Assembly: GCF_003334815.1 (NCBI RefSeq)
Contig: NZ_QOWO01000013.1
DNA length: 64,000 nt
Strand: one strand, 5' to 3'
Source: Escherichia coli
Lineage (GTDB): Bacteria > Pseudomonadota > Gammaproteobacteria > Enterobacterales > Enterobacteriaceae
Positions within the stretch are counted from its first letter, which is position 1, and the number at the start of each line of letters is the position of its first letter. The translations under genes and the position numbers were made by a program. Below are positions 1 to 9,612 of this stretch, in pieces. A model generated the notes under the pieces. That model saw only the letters and a list, made by a program, of their open reading frames with translations. It did no database searches and was not told the DNA's origin.

Positions 1-1326
1 GCCGGACTATTTACCGGTATCTACGCTAACCAGTCCGGCCCGTGGACCAACAACGTCGCGCCAGGCAAAAACATCTCCACTATGGGGCGCTACTTTAAGG
101 ATGCCGGCTATCACACCTGTTACATCGGCAAATGGCATCTCGACGGTCATGACTATTTCGGCACTGGCGAGTGTCCGCCGGAGTGGGACGCTGATTACTG
201 GTTCGATGGGGCGAACTATCTTAGCGAACTGACGGAAAAAGAGATTAGCCTGTGGCGCAATGGCCTAAACAGCGTCGAAGATTTACAGGCGAACCATATC
301 GACGAAACCTTCACCTGGGCGCATCGTATCAGCAATCGGGCGGTGGATTTTCTGCAACAGCCTGCGCGCGCAGACGAGCCTTTCCTGATGGTGGTTTCGT
401 ATGATGAGCCGCATCACCCGTTCACCTGTCCGGTGGAGTATTTAGAGAAATACGCTGATTTTTACTACGAGCTGGGCGAGAAAGCACAGGATGACCTGGC
501 TAACAAACCGGAACATCACCGCTTATGGGCGCAGGCGATGCCATCGCCAGTCGGTGATGACGGGCTTTATCACCATCCGCTCTATTTTGCCTGTAATGAC
601 TTTGTTGATGACCAAATCGGACGGGTCATCAATGCCTTAACGCCAGAGCAACGTGAAAATACGTGGGTTATTTATACCTCCGATCACGGCGAAATGATGG
701 GCGCACATAAGCTGATCAGTAAAGGGGCGGCGATGTATGACGACATCACCCGCATTCCGCTGATCATCCGTTCGCCGCAAGGGGAGCGGCGACAGGTCGA
801 TACGCCAGTCAGTCATATCGATTTACTGCCGACAATGATGGCGCTGGCAGATATTGAAAAACCAGAGATTCTGCCGGGGGAAAATATCCTTGCCGTGAAA
901 GAGCCACGCGGCGTGATGGTGGAATTTAACCGCTACGAGATTGAGCATGACAGCTTTGGCGGTTTTATTCCGGTGCGTTGCTGGGTGACGGATGACTTTA
1001 AACTGGTACTCAACCTCTTCACCAGTGATGAACTTTACGATCGCCGTAATGACCCAAATGAAATGCATAACCTGATCGATGATATCCGTTTTGCAGACGT
1101 TCGCAGCAAAATGCATGACGCCTTATTGGATTACATGGACAAAATTCGCGATCCGTTCCGCAGTTACCAATGGAGTCTGCGTCCGTGGCGTAAAGATGCA
1201 CGGCCGCGCTGGATGGGGGCGTTTCGTCCACGTCCACAAGATGGCTATTCGCCAGTTGTACGCGACTATGACACCGGCCTACCGACACAAGGGGTGAAGG
1301 TGGAGGAGAAAAAACAGAAGTTCTGA
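1..1326 (+). CDS. yidJ: Sulfatase-family protein, 5' end truncated by window start
   Basis: Frame 1 is open from position 1 through the listed ORF (82..1326); translation matches sulfatase family; gene neighbourhood yidI-yidH-yidG-yidF-emrD. Confidence 0.85.
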   Translation, partial: AGLFTGIYANQSGPWTNNVAPGKNISTMGRYFKDAGYHTCYIGKWHLDGHDYFGTGECPPEWDADYWFDGANYLSELTEKEISLWRNGLNSVEDLQANHIDETFTWAHRISNRAVDFLQQPARADEPFLMVVSYDEPHHPFTCPVEYLEKYADFYYELGEKAQDDLANKPEHHRLWAQAMPSPVGDDGLYHHPLYFACNDFVDDQIGRVINALTPEQRENTWVIYTSDHGEMMGAHKLISKGAAMYDDITRIPLIIRSPQGERRQVDTPVSHIDLLPTMMALADIEKPEILPGENILAVKEPRGVMVEFNRYEIEHDSFGGFIPVRCWVTDDFKLVLNLFTSDELYDRRNDPNEMHNLIDDIRFADVRSKMHDALLDYMDKIRDPFRSYQWSLRPWRKDARPRWMGAFRPRPQDGYSPVVRDYDTGLPTQGVKVEEKKQKF

Positions 1327-1330
1327 CGAT

Positions 1331-1361
1331 AATGCCCGCTGATGATCACCCGGCGGGCATT
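1331..1361. terminator. Inverted repeat (aatgcccgc...gcgggcatt) between convergent yidJ and yidI
   Basis: 9-bp perfect stems read directly from sequence; lies in the 46-nt gap between the two stop codons. Confidence 0.45.
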
Positions 1362-1372
1362 ATTCAGGCTGC

Positions 1373-1822
1373 TTAAACCAGTGAACCGCCGGTCAGGAAG
1401 GAAAAGATAAGGAATATCAGCAAAATGCTGCACACGATGCCGATACCAAAAAGCAAGGTATGGAAAGCCAGCGTCCCGCCGCCAAAAACCAGCGCGCCGC
1501 GAATGCCCCAGCGATTTTCCTTACGCATACCGCCAATAAATGCGCAAAGTAGCGCAGCAATGGCCAGTGCGATACCGCTTTGATTGAGGATTTTATCGAC
1601 ATCTACGTCCTCTTTTTTCTCCACGGTGGTAATTTTTTCGCCTTTTATTCCGGCGAGAAGACCTCTTTTAATTTCAGCCGTTTTGTCCGCCACGATGCTT
1701 TCAAACGTTGGCGGTGGTGCGGAGAAAGGGCCGAATGAAAAGTGGATAATCCCCATCATTAAAGCGATGGCACCGAACAGCATGCCCAATGAACTGATTT
1801 TATTTTGAGCTATGATACCCAT
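1373..1822 (-). CDS. yidI: Small inner-membrane protein, 149 aa
   Basis: Internal Met of the 185-aa ORF gives 149 aa (recalled K-12 length); GGAGG Shine-Dalgarno immediately upstream on minus strand; hydrophobic segments. Confidence 0.75.
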   Translation of the reverse strand: MGIIAQNKISSLGMLFGAIALMMGIIHFSFGPFSAPPPTFESIVADKTAEIKRGLLAGIKGEKITTVEKKEDVDVDKILNQSGIALAIAALLCAFIGGMRKENRWGIRGALVFGGGTLAFHTLLFGIGIVCSILLIFLIFSFLTGGSLV

Positions 1823-1929
1823 CTGACCTCCTTGTAGCGGATGGCAAAAGCATATCAGGAAACGGGCGGACGAAATTCTTAAAAAAACCGCTAAAGGTAG
1901 AGCGTTAGTGAAATTGCAAAGGAGCAACA

Positions 1930-2277
1930 ATGAAAATTTCCCGCCTCGGAGAAGCGCCTGATTACCGCTTCTCGCTGGCTAATGAGCGTACTTTTCTGGC
2001 GTGGATCCGTACTGCACTAGGATTTCTGGCGGCGGGGGTTGGGCTTGATCAACTTGCGCCAGATTTCGCCACGCCCGTCATTCGCGAACTGCTGGCGTTG
2101 TTGTTGTGTCTGTTTTCCGGCGGGTTAGCGATGTATGGCTACTTGCGCTGGTTACGCAATGAAAAAGCGATGCGTCTGAAAGAGGACCTGCCCTACACCA
2201 ACAGCTTATTAATCATTAGCTTAATATTGATGGTCGTGGCGGTGATCGTTATGGGACTGGTGTTGTATGCCGGATAG
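1930..2277 (+). CDS. yidH: DUF202-type small membrane protein, 115 aa
   Basis: ORF track; length and sequence match recalled YidH. Confidence 0.8.
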   Translation: MKISRLGEAPDYRFSLANERTFLAWIRTALGFLAAGVGLDQLAPDFATPVIRELLALLLCLFSGGLAMYGYLRWLRNEKAMRLKEDLPYTNSLLIISLILMVVAVIVMGLVLYAG

Positions 2278-2629
2278 CCGCAAAGCCAGACGCATTGCCG
2301 ACCCAGGACTGCAGCCGGAGCGCACATCACTGGCGTGGTTTCGTACCATGCTGGGCTACGGCGCGTTGATGGCGTTGGCTATCAAACACAACTGGCACCA
2401 GGCGGGCATGTTATTCTGGATTTCGATTGGCATTCTCGCCATCGTGGCGCTGATCCTCTGGCACTACACCCGTAATCGCAATTTAATGGATGTCACGAAT
2501 AGCGATTTTTCCCAATTTCACGTAGTCCGTGACAAATTTTTGATCTCCCTCGCGGTGTTATCTCTCGCAATACTGTTTGCTGTAACGCATATACATCAAC
2601 TTATCGTATTTATTGAGAGAGTCGCATGA
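2267..2629 (+). CDS. yidG: Small membrane protein, 120 aa, overlaps yidH by 11 nt
   Basis: ORF track; overlapping start suggests translational coupling. Confidence 0.8.
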   Translation: MPDSRKARRIADPGLQPERTSLAWFRTMLGYGALMALAIKHNWHQAGMLFWISIGILAIVALILWHYTRNRNLMDVTNSDFSQFHVVRDKFLISLAVLSLAILFAVTHIHQLIVFIERVA

Positions 2630-3123
2630 CAGGAAGTCAGGTCATTGATGCTGAAGAGGACAGGCATAAACTGGTTGTAGAGTACAAGGATGCTCTGCAA
2701 CCTGCCGATTTTTATCACAATTTCAAACAGCGGGGCATCCGCTCCGTACAGCTCATTCCCTATCTTGAATTTGATGACCGGGGCGATCTGACGGCCGCTT
2801 CGGTGACAGCAGAGCTGTGGGGGAAATTTTTAATTGCCCTGTTCGAGTGTTGGGTGCGGGCAGATATCAGTCGTATCTCGATTGAGCTTTTTGACGCCAC
2901 CTTACAAAAATGGTGTGGCAGCGAAAACCCGCAACCGCGCTGTGACTGCCAGGCGTGCGACTGGCATCGCCTGTGCCCGCACGCTCGGCAGGAGACGCCA
3001 GACAGCGTGCTTTGTGCGGGCTATCAGGCGTTTTATTCTTACTCCGCACCGCATATGCGGGTGATGCGTGATCTGATAAAGCAGCATCGTTCTCCCATGG
3101 AGCTGATGACGATGCTGCGGTGA
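2626..3123 (+). CDS. yidF: Cys-rich protein resembling the C-terminal half of an AslB-like anaerobic sulfatase-maturating enzyme
   Basis: 165 aa; CDCQACDWHRLCP...CAGYQAFYSYSAPHMRVM motif; ATGA overlap with yidG stop. Confidence 0.8.
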   Translation: MTGSQVIDAEEDRHKLVVEYKDALQPADFYHNFKQRGIRSVQLIPYLEFDDRGDLTAASVTAELWGKFLIALFECWVRADISRISIELFDATLQKWCGSENPQPRCDCQACDWHRLCPHARQETPDSVLCAGYQAFYSYSAPHMRVMRDLIKQHRSPMELMTMLR

Positions 3124-3130
3124 CGTGCGC

Positions 3131-4315
3131 TTAAACGGGCTGCCCCTGATGCGACATCCGCGTCGCCAGCGGCAGCCAGCACAGCACGATCAACAATCCC
3201 ATTAAGGTCATCAACAACCCCAGGCTGCCCTGACCGGTTTGCGGCAACATCGCAGAGAGCGACGCCAGCACGCCGGAACCAATGTTTTGCAGACCGCCGA
3301 CCAGCGCGCCAGCCGTGCCCGCCAGGAAGGGGAACGGCTCCATCGCGCCGCTGGTCGCCAGCGGAAACAGCATCCCGGCACCGAAAAAGAACAGCGCGGC
3401 GGGAACGAGCAGCGTCCAGACATTCATCACGCCAAACCAGTCGGGGATCCACATCAGCAAGCCAGCCAGCAGGCAGCAGATAACCGACTGCCACATTAAC
3501 GTGGAGAAGCGTTTATTGGGACGTCCGGCAAACCATGCGCCAAAAAACGCTGCCGGAATCGGCAGAATAAACAAAATACTGACCGTCATACTGCTCAGCC
3601 CTAACACCGCGCCCATCAGCACGCCGGAGCAGGCTTCAAAGGCGGCAATCCCGGCCAGACCGCCAATCAGCATCAGCAAATAACAGTTAAAACCGCTGTT
3701 ACCGAAAAGCGTTTTATAACTGGTAAGCAGGCGCGTGCGCGGTGCATCGACCGGACGCGTTTCCGGCATCCAGCGGGCCATACTGAAGGTCACACCAGCA
3801 CAAAGAACCAACAAAAAGAGATAACAGGCGCGCCAGTTCCACATCGTATCCAGCAGACCGCCGATTAGCGGTGCGAGCAACGGACTGACGAGAATCCCCA
3901 TGTTTAACAGGCTGTTAGCATGGCGCAACTGTGTCCGTTCATATAAATCTCGCGGTAAAGTACGCGCCATTACGCCGCCAACGCCGGTGCCCATCCCCTG
4001 CATCGCGCTGGCGGCAATCAACACCGTCAAACTGGAGGTCGTGACCGCGACCAGCGTTGCCAGCATAAAAATGGACATTCCGACGAGGATCACCGGTCGG
4101 CGGCCCACGCGGTCGGAAATCGGGCCATAAAACAGCTGTGAGACACCGTAAGTCAGCAGATAAGCGCCCATTACGCTCTGCACCGCCCCTTCACGGACGT
4201 TGAGATCGCGCGCCATATCGGCAATAGCTGGAATATAAATGGCTTGCGCCATCTGACCGACGGCCACGAGTAATACCAACATCAATAACAAATTGACGTT
4301 TCTTTGCCTTTTCAT
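3131..4315 (-). CDS. emrD: MFS multidrug efflux transporter EmrD
   Basis: 394 aa from MKRQRNVNLL...; the ORF track's MIMKRQ start is 2 codons longer. Confidence 0.9.
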   Translation of the reverse strand: MKRQRNVNLLLMLVLLVAVGQMAQAIYIPAIADMARDLNVREGAVQSVMGAYLLTYGVSQLFYGPISDRVGRRPVILVGMSIFMLATLVAVTTSSLTVLIAASAMQGMGTGVGGVMARTLPRDLYERTQLRHANSLLNMGILVSPLLAPLIGGLLDTMWNWRACYLFLLVLCAGVTFSMARWMPETRPVDAPRTRLLTSYKTLFGNSGFNCYLLMLIGGLAGIAAFEACSGVLMGAVLGLSSMTVSILFILPIPAAFFGAWFAGRPNKRFSTLMWQSVICCLLAGLLMWIPDWFGVMNVWTLLVPAALFFFGAGMLFPLATSGAMEPFPFLAGTAGALVGGLQNIGSGVLASLSAMLPQTGQGSLGLLMTLMGLLIVLCWLPLATRMSHQGQPV

Positions 4316-4488
4316 TATCACGGATGCTTTTATAAAAATAATTAGAATAAGTCACTACGCATTCCCATAAATGCGGGAGAGGAATCTATCACATTGATGA
4401 ATGTTAGCCAGATATACGCCAGGAATGGGGAATTGTTTAGCGGCAGAATATGTAAACAAAAGCGGCAATAAATGTTGCCGGGAGAGAT

Positions 4489-4528
4489 GGTAGGGCGGAT
4501 AAGATGCGTCAGCATCGCATCCGACACC
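4489..4528. repeat. REP-like palindromic unit
   Basis: ggtagggcggataagatgcgtcagcatcgcatccgacacc resembles the E. coli REP consensus. Confidence 0.4.
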
Positions 4529-4540
4529 AACCCGCACGCT

Positions 4541-4572
4541 AAATATAAAAGGGGAGCGGTTTCCCGCTCCCC
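4541..4572 (-). terminator. Rho-independent terminator of tisAB
   Basis: ggggagcgg/ccgctcccc stem followed on the minus strand by a U-run, just 3' of the tisB stop. Confidence 0.6.
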
Positions 4573-4594
4573 TTTGGTGCGACTTGAATCTGAA

Positions 4595-4684
4595 TTACTT
4601 CAGGTATTTCAGAACAGCATCAAGCAGTTGCAGTGCTGCAACAATGAGTTTGAGGATAAGAATGGCGATATCCACCAGGTTCAT
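4595..4684 (-). CDS. tisB: Type I toxin TisB, 29 aa
   Basis: Hand translation of the minus strand gives MNLVDIAILILKLIVAALQLLDAVLKYLK followed by TAA; too short for the ORF track. Confidence 0.9.
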   Translation of the reverse strand: MNLVDIAILILKLIVAALQLLDAVLKYLK

Positions 4685-4785
4685 ACGCGTCTCCTGTGGT
4701 TCAGGAGCACTGCCAGCTGACGTACCTTTCCGCTGCCTGTTGCCAGCTGTTGTGCACGCGGTATCTCAAGGAGAAACGTTGTGCT

Positions 4786-4807
4786 TGTTGACATAACACA
4801 GTGTGCT
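4786..4807. promoter_or_regulatory. Probable IstR-1 pairing site in the tisAB 5' leader
   Basis: tgttgacataaCacagtgtgct is a 21/22 direct repeat of 5044..5065; about 100 nt upstream of the tisB start. Confidence 0.55.
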
Positions 4808-4918
4808 CACGCGGGGTTAAGGCGCTGACGGCACCACCCGTTTCAGCCAGGACTTAGTGCGCCGGGTAACGATGCGGCCCCCGCATAACACATTGCGTAC
4901 AGTGATATTATAGAAGTT

Positions 4919-4938
4919 TACTGTATAAATAAACAGTA
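4919..4938. promoter_or_regulatory. LexA box between divergent tisAB and istR
   Basis: taCTGTataaataaACAGta fits the CTGT-N8-ACAG SOS-box consensus. Confidence 0.8.
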
Positions 4939-4984
4939 ATATTTGGACAAAACGCAAACTGTGATCGATACTCAACTATGCACT

Positions 4985-5128
4985 AAATACGTCAAAATTC
5001 GTGCCGAAATTGCGCGTTCTGCGCGGAACACGTATACTTTCAGTGTTGACATAATACAGTGTGCTTTGCGGTTACCAGCCGCAGGCGACTGACGAAACCT
5101 CGCTCCGGCGGGGTTTTTTGTTATCTGC
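4985..5128 (+). ncRNA. istR: Antisense sRNA IstR (IstR-2 / IstR-1); 5' end approximate
   Basis: Plus-strand terminator at about 5098..5122; contains the 22-nt repeat complementary to the tisAB leader; position divergent from tisB. Confidence 0.55.
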
Positions 5129-5248
5129 AATTCAGTACAAAACGTGATCAACCCCTCAATTTTCCCTTGCTGAAAAATTTTCCATTGTCTCCCCTGTAAA
5201 GCTGTGCTTGTATAAATATTGTTAAACACAAAACCAACAAGGTCCCCA

Positions 5249-5347
5249 ATGACTACTTCCATGCTCAACGCAAAACTACTACCAACTGCGCCATCCGCCG
5301 CAGTGGTCGTCGTGCGTGTGGTGGTGGTCGTCGGCAATGCGCCGTAG
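5249..5347 (+). CDS. ivbL: ilvB operon leader peptide, 32 aa
   Basis: Hand translation gives MTTSMLNAKLLPTAPSAAVVVVRVVVVVGNAP followed by a stop; Val/Leu-rich control codons. Confidence 0.9.
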   Translation: MTTSMLNAKLLPTAPSAAVVVVRVVVVVGNAP

Positions 5348-5370
5348 GGACTGGAACAACACACGATTCC

Positions 5371-5406
5371 AAAACCCCGCCGGCGCAAACCGGGCGGGGT
5401 TTTTCG
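5371..5406 (+). terminator. ilvB attenuator (rho-independent terminator)
   Basis: ccccgccgg...ccgggcgggg stem followed by tttttcgttt, between ivbL and ilvB. Confidence 0.8.
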
Positions 5407-5452
5407 TTTAAGCACCTCCCGGAAAGTCGGCCCAGAAGAAAAGGACTGGAGC

Positions 5453-7141
5453 ATGGCAAGTTCGGGCACAACATCGACGCGTAAGCGCTTTACCGGCGCA
5501 GAATTTATCGTTCATTTCCTGGAACAGCAGGGCATTAAGATTGTGACAGGCATTCCGGGCGGTTCTATCCTGCCTGTTTACGATGCCTTAAGCCAAAGCA
5601 CGCAAATCCGCCATATTCTGGCCCGTCATGAACAGGGCGCGGGCTTTATCGCTCAGGGAATGGCGCGCACCGACGGTAAACCGGCGGTCTGTATGGCCTG
5701 TAGCGGACCGGGTGCGACTAACCTGGTGACCGCCATTGCCGATGCGCGGCTGGACTCCATCCCGCTGATTTGCATCACTGGTCAGGTTCCCGCCTCGATG
5801 ATCGGCACCGACGCCTTCCAGGAAGTGGACACCTACGGCATCTCTATCCCCATCACCAAACACAACTATCTGGTCAGACATATCGAAGAACTCCCGCAGG
5901 TCATGAGCGATGCCTTCCGCATTGCGCAATCAGGCCGCCCAGGCCCGGTGTGGATAGACATTCCTAAGGATGTGCAAACGGCAGTTTTTGAGATTGAAAC
6001 ACAGCCCGCTATGGCAGAAAAAGCCGCCGCCCCCGCCTTTAGCGAAGAAAGCATTCGTGACGCAGCGGCGATGATTAACGCTGCCAAACGCCCGGTGCTT
6101 TATCTGGGCGGCGGTGTGATCAATGCGCCCGCACGGGTGCGTGAACTGGCGGAGAAAGCGCAACTGCCTACCACCATGACTTTAATGGCGCTGGGCATGT
6201 TGCCAAAAGCGCATCCGTTGTCGCTGGGTATGCTGGGGATGCACGGCGTGCGCAGCACCAACTATATTTTGCAGGAGGCGGATTTGTTGATAGTGCTCGG
6301 TGCGCGTTTTGATGACCGGGCGATTGGCAAAACCGAGCAGTTCTGTCCGAATGCCAAAATCATTCATGTCGATATCGACCGTGCAGAGCTGGGTAAAATC
6401 AAGCAGCCGCACGTGGCGATTCAGGCGGATGTTGATGACGTGCTGGCGCAGTTGATCCCGCTGGTGGAAGCGCAACCGCGTGCAGAGTGGCACCAGTTGG
6501 TAGCGGATTTGCAGCGTGAGTTTCCGTGTCCAATCCCGAAAGCGTGCGATCCGTTAAGCCATTACGGCCTGATCAACGCCGTTGCCGCCTGTGTCGATGA
6601 CAATGCAATTATCACCACCGACGTTGGTCAGCATCAGATGTGGACCGCGCAAGCTTATCCGCTCAATCGCCCACGCCAGTGGCTGACCTCCGGTGGGCTG
6701 GGCACGATGGGTTTTGGCCTGCCTGCGGCGATTGGCGCTGCGCTGGCGAACCCGGATCGCAAAGTGTTGTGTTTCTCCGGCGACGGCAGCCTGATGATGA
6801 ATATTCAGGAGATGGCGACCGCCAGTGAAAATCAGCTGGATGTCAAAATCATTCTGATGAACAACGAAGCGCTGGGGCTGGTGCATCAGCAACAGAGTCT
6901 GTTCTACGAGCAAGGCGTTTTTGCCGCCACCTATCCGGGCAAAATCAACTTTATGCAGATTGCCGCCGGATTCGGCCTCGAAACCTGTGATTTGAATAAC
7001 GAAGCCGATCCGCAGGCTTCATTGCAGGAAATCATCAATCGCCCTGGCCCGGCGCTGATCCATGTGCGCATTGATGCCGAAGAAAAAGTTTACCCGATGG
7101 TGCCGCCAGGTGCGGCGAATACTGAAATGGTGGGGGAATAA
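5453..7141 (+). CDS. ilvB: Acetolactate synthase I large subunit
   Basis: 562 aa; TPP-enzyme motifs; Shine-Dalgarno upstream. Confidence 0.95.
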   Translation: MASSGTTSTRKRFTGAEFIVHFLEQQGIKIVTGIPGGSILPVYDALSQSTQIRHILARHEQGAGFIAQGMARTDGKPAVCMACSGPGATNLVTAIADARLDSIPLICITGQVPASMIGTDAFQEVDTYGISIPITKHNYLVRHIEELPQVMSDAFRIAQSGRPGPVWIDIPKDVQTAVFEIETQPAMAEKAAAPAFSEESIRDAAAMINAAKRPVLYLGGGVINAPARVRELAEKAQLPTTMTLMALGMLPKAHPLSLGMLGMHGVRSTNYILQEADLLIVLGARFDDRAIGKTEQFCPNAKIIHVDIDRAELGKIKQPHVAIQADVDDVLAQLIPLVEAQPRAEWHQLVADLQREFPCPIPKACDPLSHYGLINAVAACVDDNAIITTDVGQHQMWTAQAYPLNRPRQWLTSGGLGTMGFGLPAAIGAALANPDRKVLCFSGDGSLMMNIQEMATASENQLDVKIILMNNEALGLVHQQQSLFYEQGVFAATYPGKINFMQIAAGFGLETCDLNNEADPQASLQEIINRPGPALIHVRIDAEEKVYPMVPPGAANTEMVGE

Positions 7142-7144
7142 GCC

Positions 7145-7435
7145 ATGCAAAACACAACTCATGACAACGTAATTCTGGAGCTCACCGTTCGCAACCATCC
7201 GGGCGTAATGACCCACGTTTGTGGCCTTTTTGCCCGCCGCGCTTTTAACGTTGAAGGCATTCTTTGTCTGCCGATTCAGGACAGCGACAAAAGCCATATC
7301 TGGCTACTGGTCAATGACGACCAGCGTCTGGAGCAGATGATAAGCCAAATCGATAAGCTGGAAGATGTCGTGAAAGTGCAGCGTAATCAGTCCGATCCGA
7401 CGATGTTTAACAAGATCGCGGTGTTTTTTCAGTAA
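7145..7435 (+). CDS. ilvN: Acetolactate synthase I small (regulatory) subunit
   Basis: 96 aa; begins 4 nt after the ilvB stop. Confidence 0.95.
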
Positions 7436-7455
7436 CCGCTCAAGGCTTGAACAAC

Positions 7456-7492
7456 ATCGCGCTTATCGTTAAGGTAAGCGCGTATTTTTTTT
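7456..7492 (+). terminator. ilvBN terminator
   Basis: cgcgcttatcgttaaggtaagcgcg hairpin followed by a run of about 9 T. Confidence 0.7.
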
Positions 7493-7510
7493 ACCCGCCA
7501 GGACAAGACC

Positions 7511-8101
7511 ATGATCACCGTTGCCCTTATAGACGATCACCTCATCGTCCGCTCCGGCTTTGCGCAGCTGCTGGGGCTGGAACCTGATTTGCAGGTAGTT
7601 GCCGAGTTTGGTTCGGGGCGCGAGGCGCTGGCGGGGCTGCCGGGGCGCGGTGTGCAGGTGTGTATTTGCGATATCTCCATGCCCGATATCTCCGGTCTGG
7701 AGCTGCTAAGCCAGCTGCCGAAAGGTATGGCGACGATTATGCTCTCCGTTCACGACAGTCCTGCGCTGGTTGAGCAGGCGCTTAACGCGGGGGCACGCGG
7801 CTTTCTTTCCAAACGCTGTAGCCCGGATGAACTCATTGCTGCGGTGCATACGGTTGCCACGGGCGGCTGTTATCTGACGCCGGATATTGCCATTAAACTG
7901 GCATCCGGTCGTCAGGACCCGCTAACCAAACGTGAACGCCAGGTGGCGGAAAAACTGGCGCAAGGAATGGCGGTGAAAGAGATTGCCGCCGAACTGGGCT
8001 TGTCACCGAAAACGGTACACGTCCATCGCGCCAATCTGATGGAAAAACTGGGCGTCAGTAACGACGTAGAGCTGGCGCGCCGCATGTTTGATGGCTGGTG
8101 A
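7511..8101 (+). CDS. uhpA: Response regulator UhpA (NarL/FixJ family)
   Basis: 196 aa; receiver domain plus LuxR-type HTH. Confidence 0.95.
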
Positions 8102-9603
8102 TGAAGACGTTGTTCTCCCGCTTAATTACCGTTATTGCCTGCTTTTTTATCTTCTCTGCCGCATGGTTTTGCCTGTGGAGTATCAGCCTGCATCTGGTTG
8201 AGCGCCCTGATATGGCGGTGCTGTTATTTCCGTTTGGTCTGCGTCTGGGGCTAATGCTGCAATGCCCGCGCGGATACTGGCCCGTATTGCTGGGCGCGGA
8301 GTGGCTGCTGATTTACTGGCTAACGCAGGCGGTCGGTTTAACCCATTTTCCGTTATTGATGATCGGTAGTTTACTGACGTTACTGCCCGTAGCGCTGATC
8401 TCGCGCTATCGCCATCAGCGTGACTGGCGCACCTTGCTGTTACAGGGGGCGGCGTTAACGGCGGCGGCGTTGTTGCAGTCGCTGCCCTGGCTTTGGCACG
8501 GCAAAGAGTCGTGGAATGCGCTGTTGCTGACTTTAACTGGCGGCCTGACGCTGGCCCCGATATGTCTGGTGTTCTGGCACTATCTCGCCAATAACACCTG
8601 GCTGCCGCTCGGTCCGTCACTGGTTTCTCAGCCAATCAACTGGCGCGGGCGACATCTGGTCTGGTACTTGCTGCTGTTTGTTATCAGTCTCTGGCTCCAG
8701 TTGGGATTGCCGGACGAACTGTCGCGCTTTACGCCATTCTGTCTGGCGCTGCCGATTATCGCGCTGGCCTGGCACTATGGTTGGCAAGGGGCGCTGATTG
8801 CGACGTTGATGAACGCCATCGCGCTGATCGCCAGTCAAACCTGGCGCGATCATCCGGTGGATTTATTGCTCTCGCTGCTGGTGCAAAGTCTGACAGGGTT
8901 GTTGCTTGGCGCTGGCATCCAGCGGTTGCGTGAACTTAACCAGTCGCTGCAAAAGGAACTGGCGCGCAATCAGCATCTGGCTGAACGGTTGCTGGAAACC
9001 GAAGAGAGCGTGCGCCGTGATGTGGCGCGTGAGCTGCATGATGATATCGGTCAGACCATCACTGCTATTCGTACTCAGGCGGGCATTGTTCAGCGGCTGG
9101 CGGCAGATAACGCCAGCGTGAAGCAGAGCGGGCAGCTCATCGAACAACTATCGCTGGGCGTTTACGACGCGGTGCGCCGTTTGTTGGGTCGGTTACGTCC
9201 GCGCCAGTTGGATGATCTCACCCTGGAGCAGGCCATCCGCTCACTGATGCGGGAAATGGAGCTGGAAGGGCGCGGTATTGTCAGCCATCTCGAATGGCGA
9301 ATCGATGAATCAGCGTTAAGCGAAAACCAGCGCGTGACGCTGTTTCGTGTCTGCCAGGAAGGGCTGAACAACATTGTGAAACATGCTGATGCCAGCGCGG
9401 TCACCCTGCAAGGCTGGCAGCAGGATGAACGGTTGATGCTGGTTATTGAAGACGATGGCAGCGGTTTGCCGCCGGGTTCCGGGCAACAAGGTTTTGGCCT
9501 CACCGGAATGCGCGAGCGCGTAACGGCGCTGGGTGGCACATTACACATTTCCTGTCTGCACGGCACGCGTGTCAGCGTTTCTCTACCTCAACGCTATGTC
9601 TAA
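8101..9603 (+). CDS. uhpB: Sensor histidine kinase UhpB
   Basis: 500 aa from the ATG that overlaps the uhpA TGA by 1 nt (TGATG); N-terminal membrane domain plus HisKA_3/HATPase. Confidence 0.9.
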
Positions 9604-9612
9604 GGTTTGATG

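Noticed and set aside
3131-4321. Longer N-terminal extensions in the ORF track (emrD MIMKRQ, uhpC MMML, adeQ, yicN, nepI, yicH, xanP, recG, gmk, yicG, dinD, rph, pyrE, slmA, dfp, coaD, waaB)
   Set aside because: The ORF track takes the first in-frame start; internal starts with better Shine-Dalgarno spacing and matching recalled protein lengths were preferred, though these starts remain unverified.
5044-5065. TTGACA within tgttgacataatacagtgtgct read as a -35 promoter hexamer
   Set aside because: A start site there would leave too short a transcript before the terminator at about 5122; the 22-nt repeat is better explained as the IstR-1/tisAB pairing module. A promoter role at the 4786 copy is not excluded.
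4972-5469. 165-aa minus-strand ORF spanning istR, ivbL and the ilvB leader
   Set aside because: It overlaps a known sRNA, a leader peptide and an attenuator; its threonine run is just the antisense of the ivbL valine codons; no Shine-Dalgarno.
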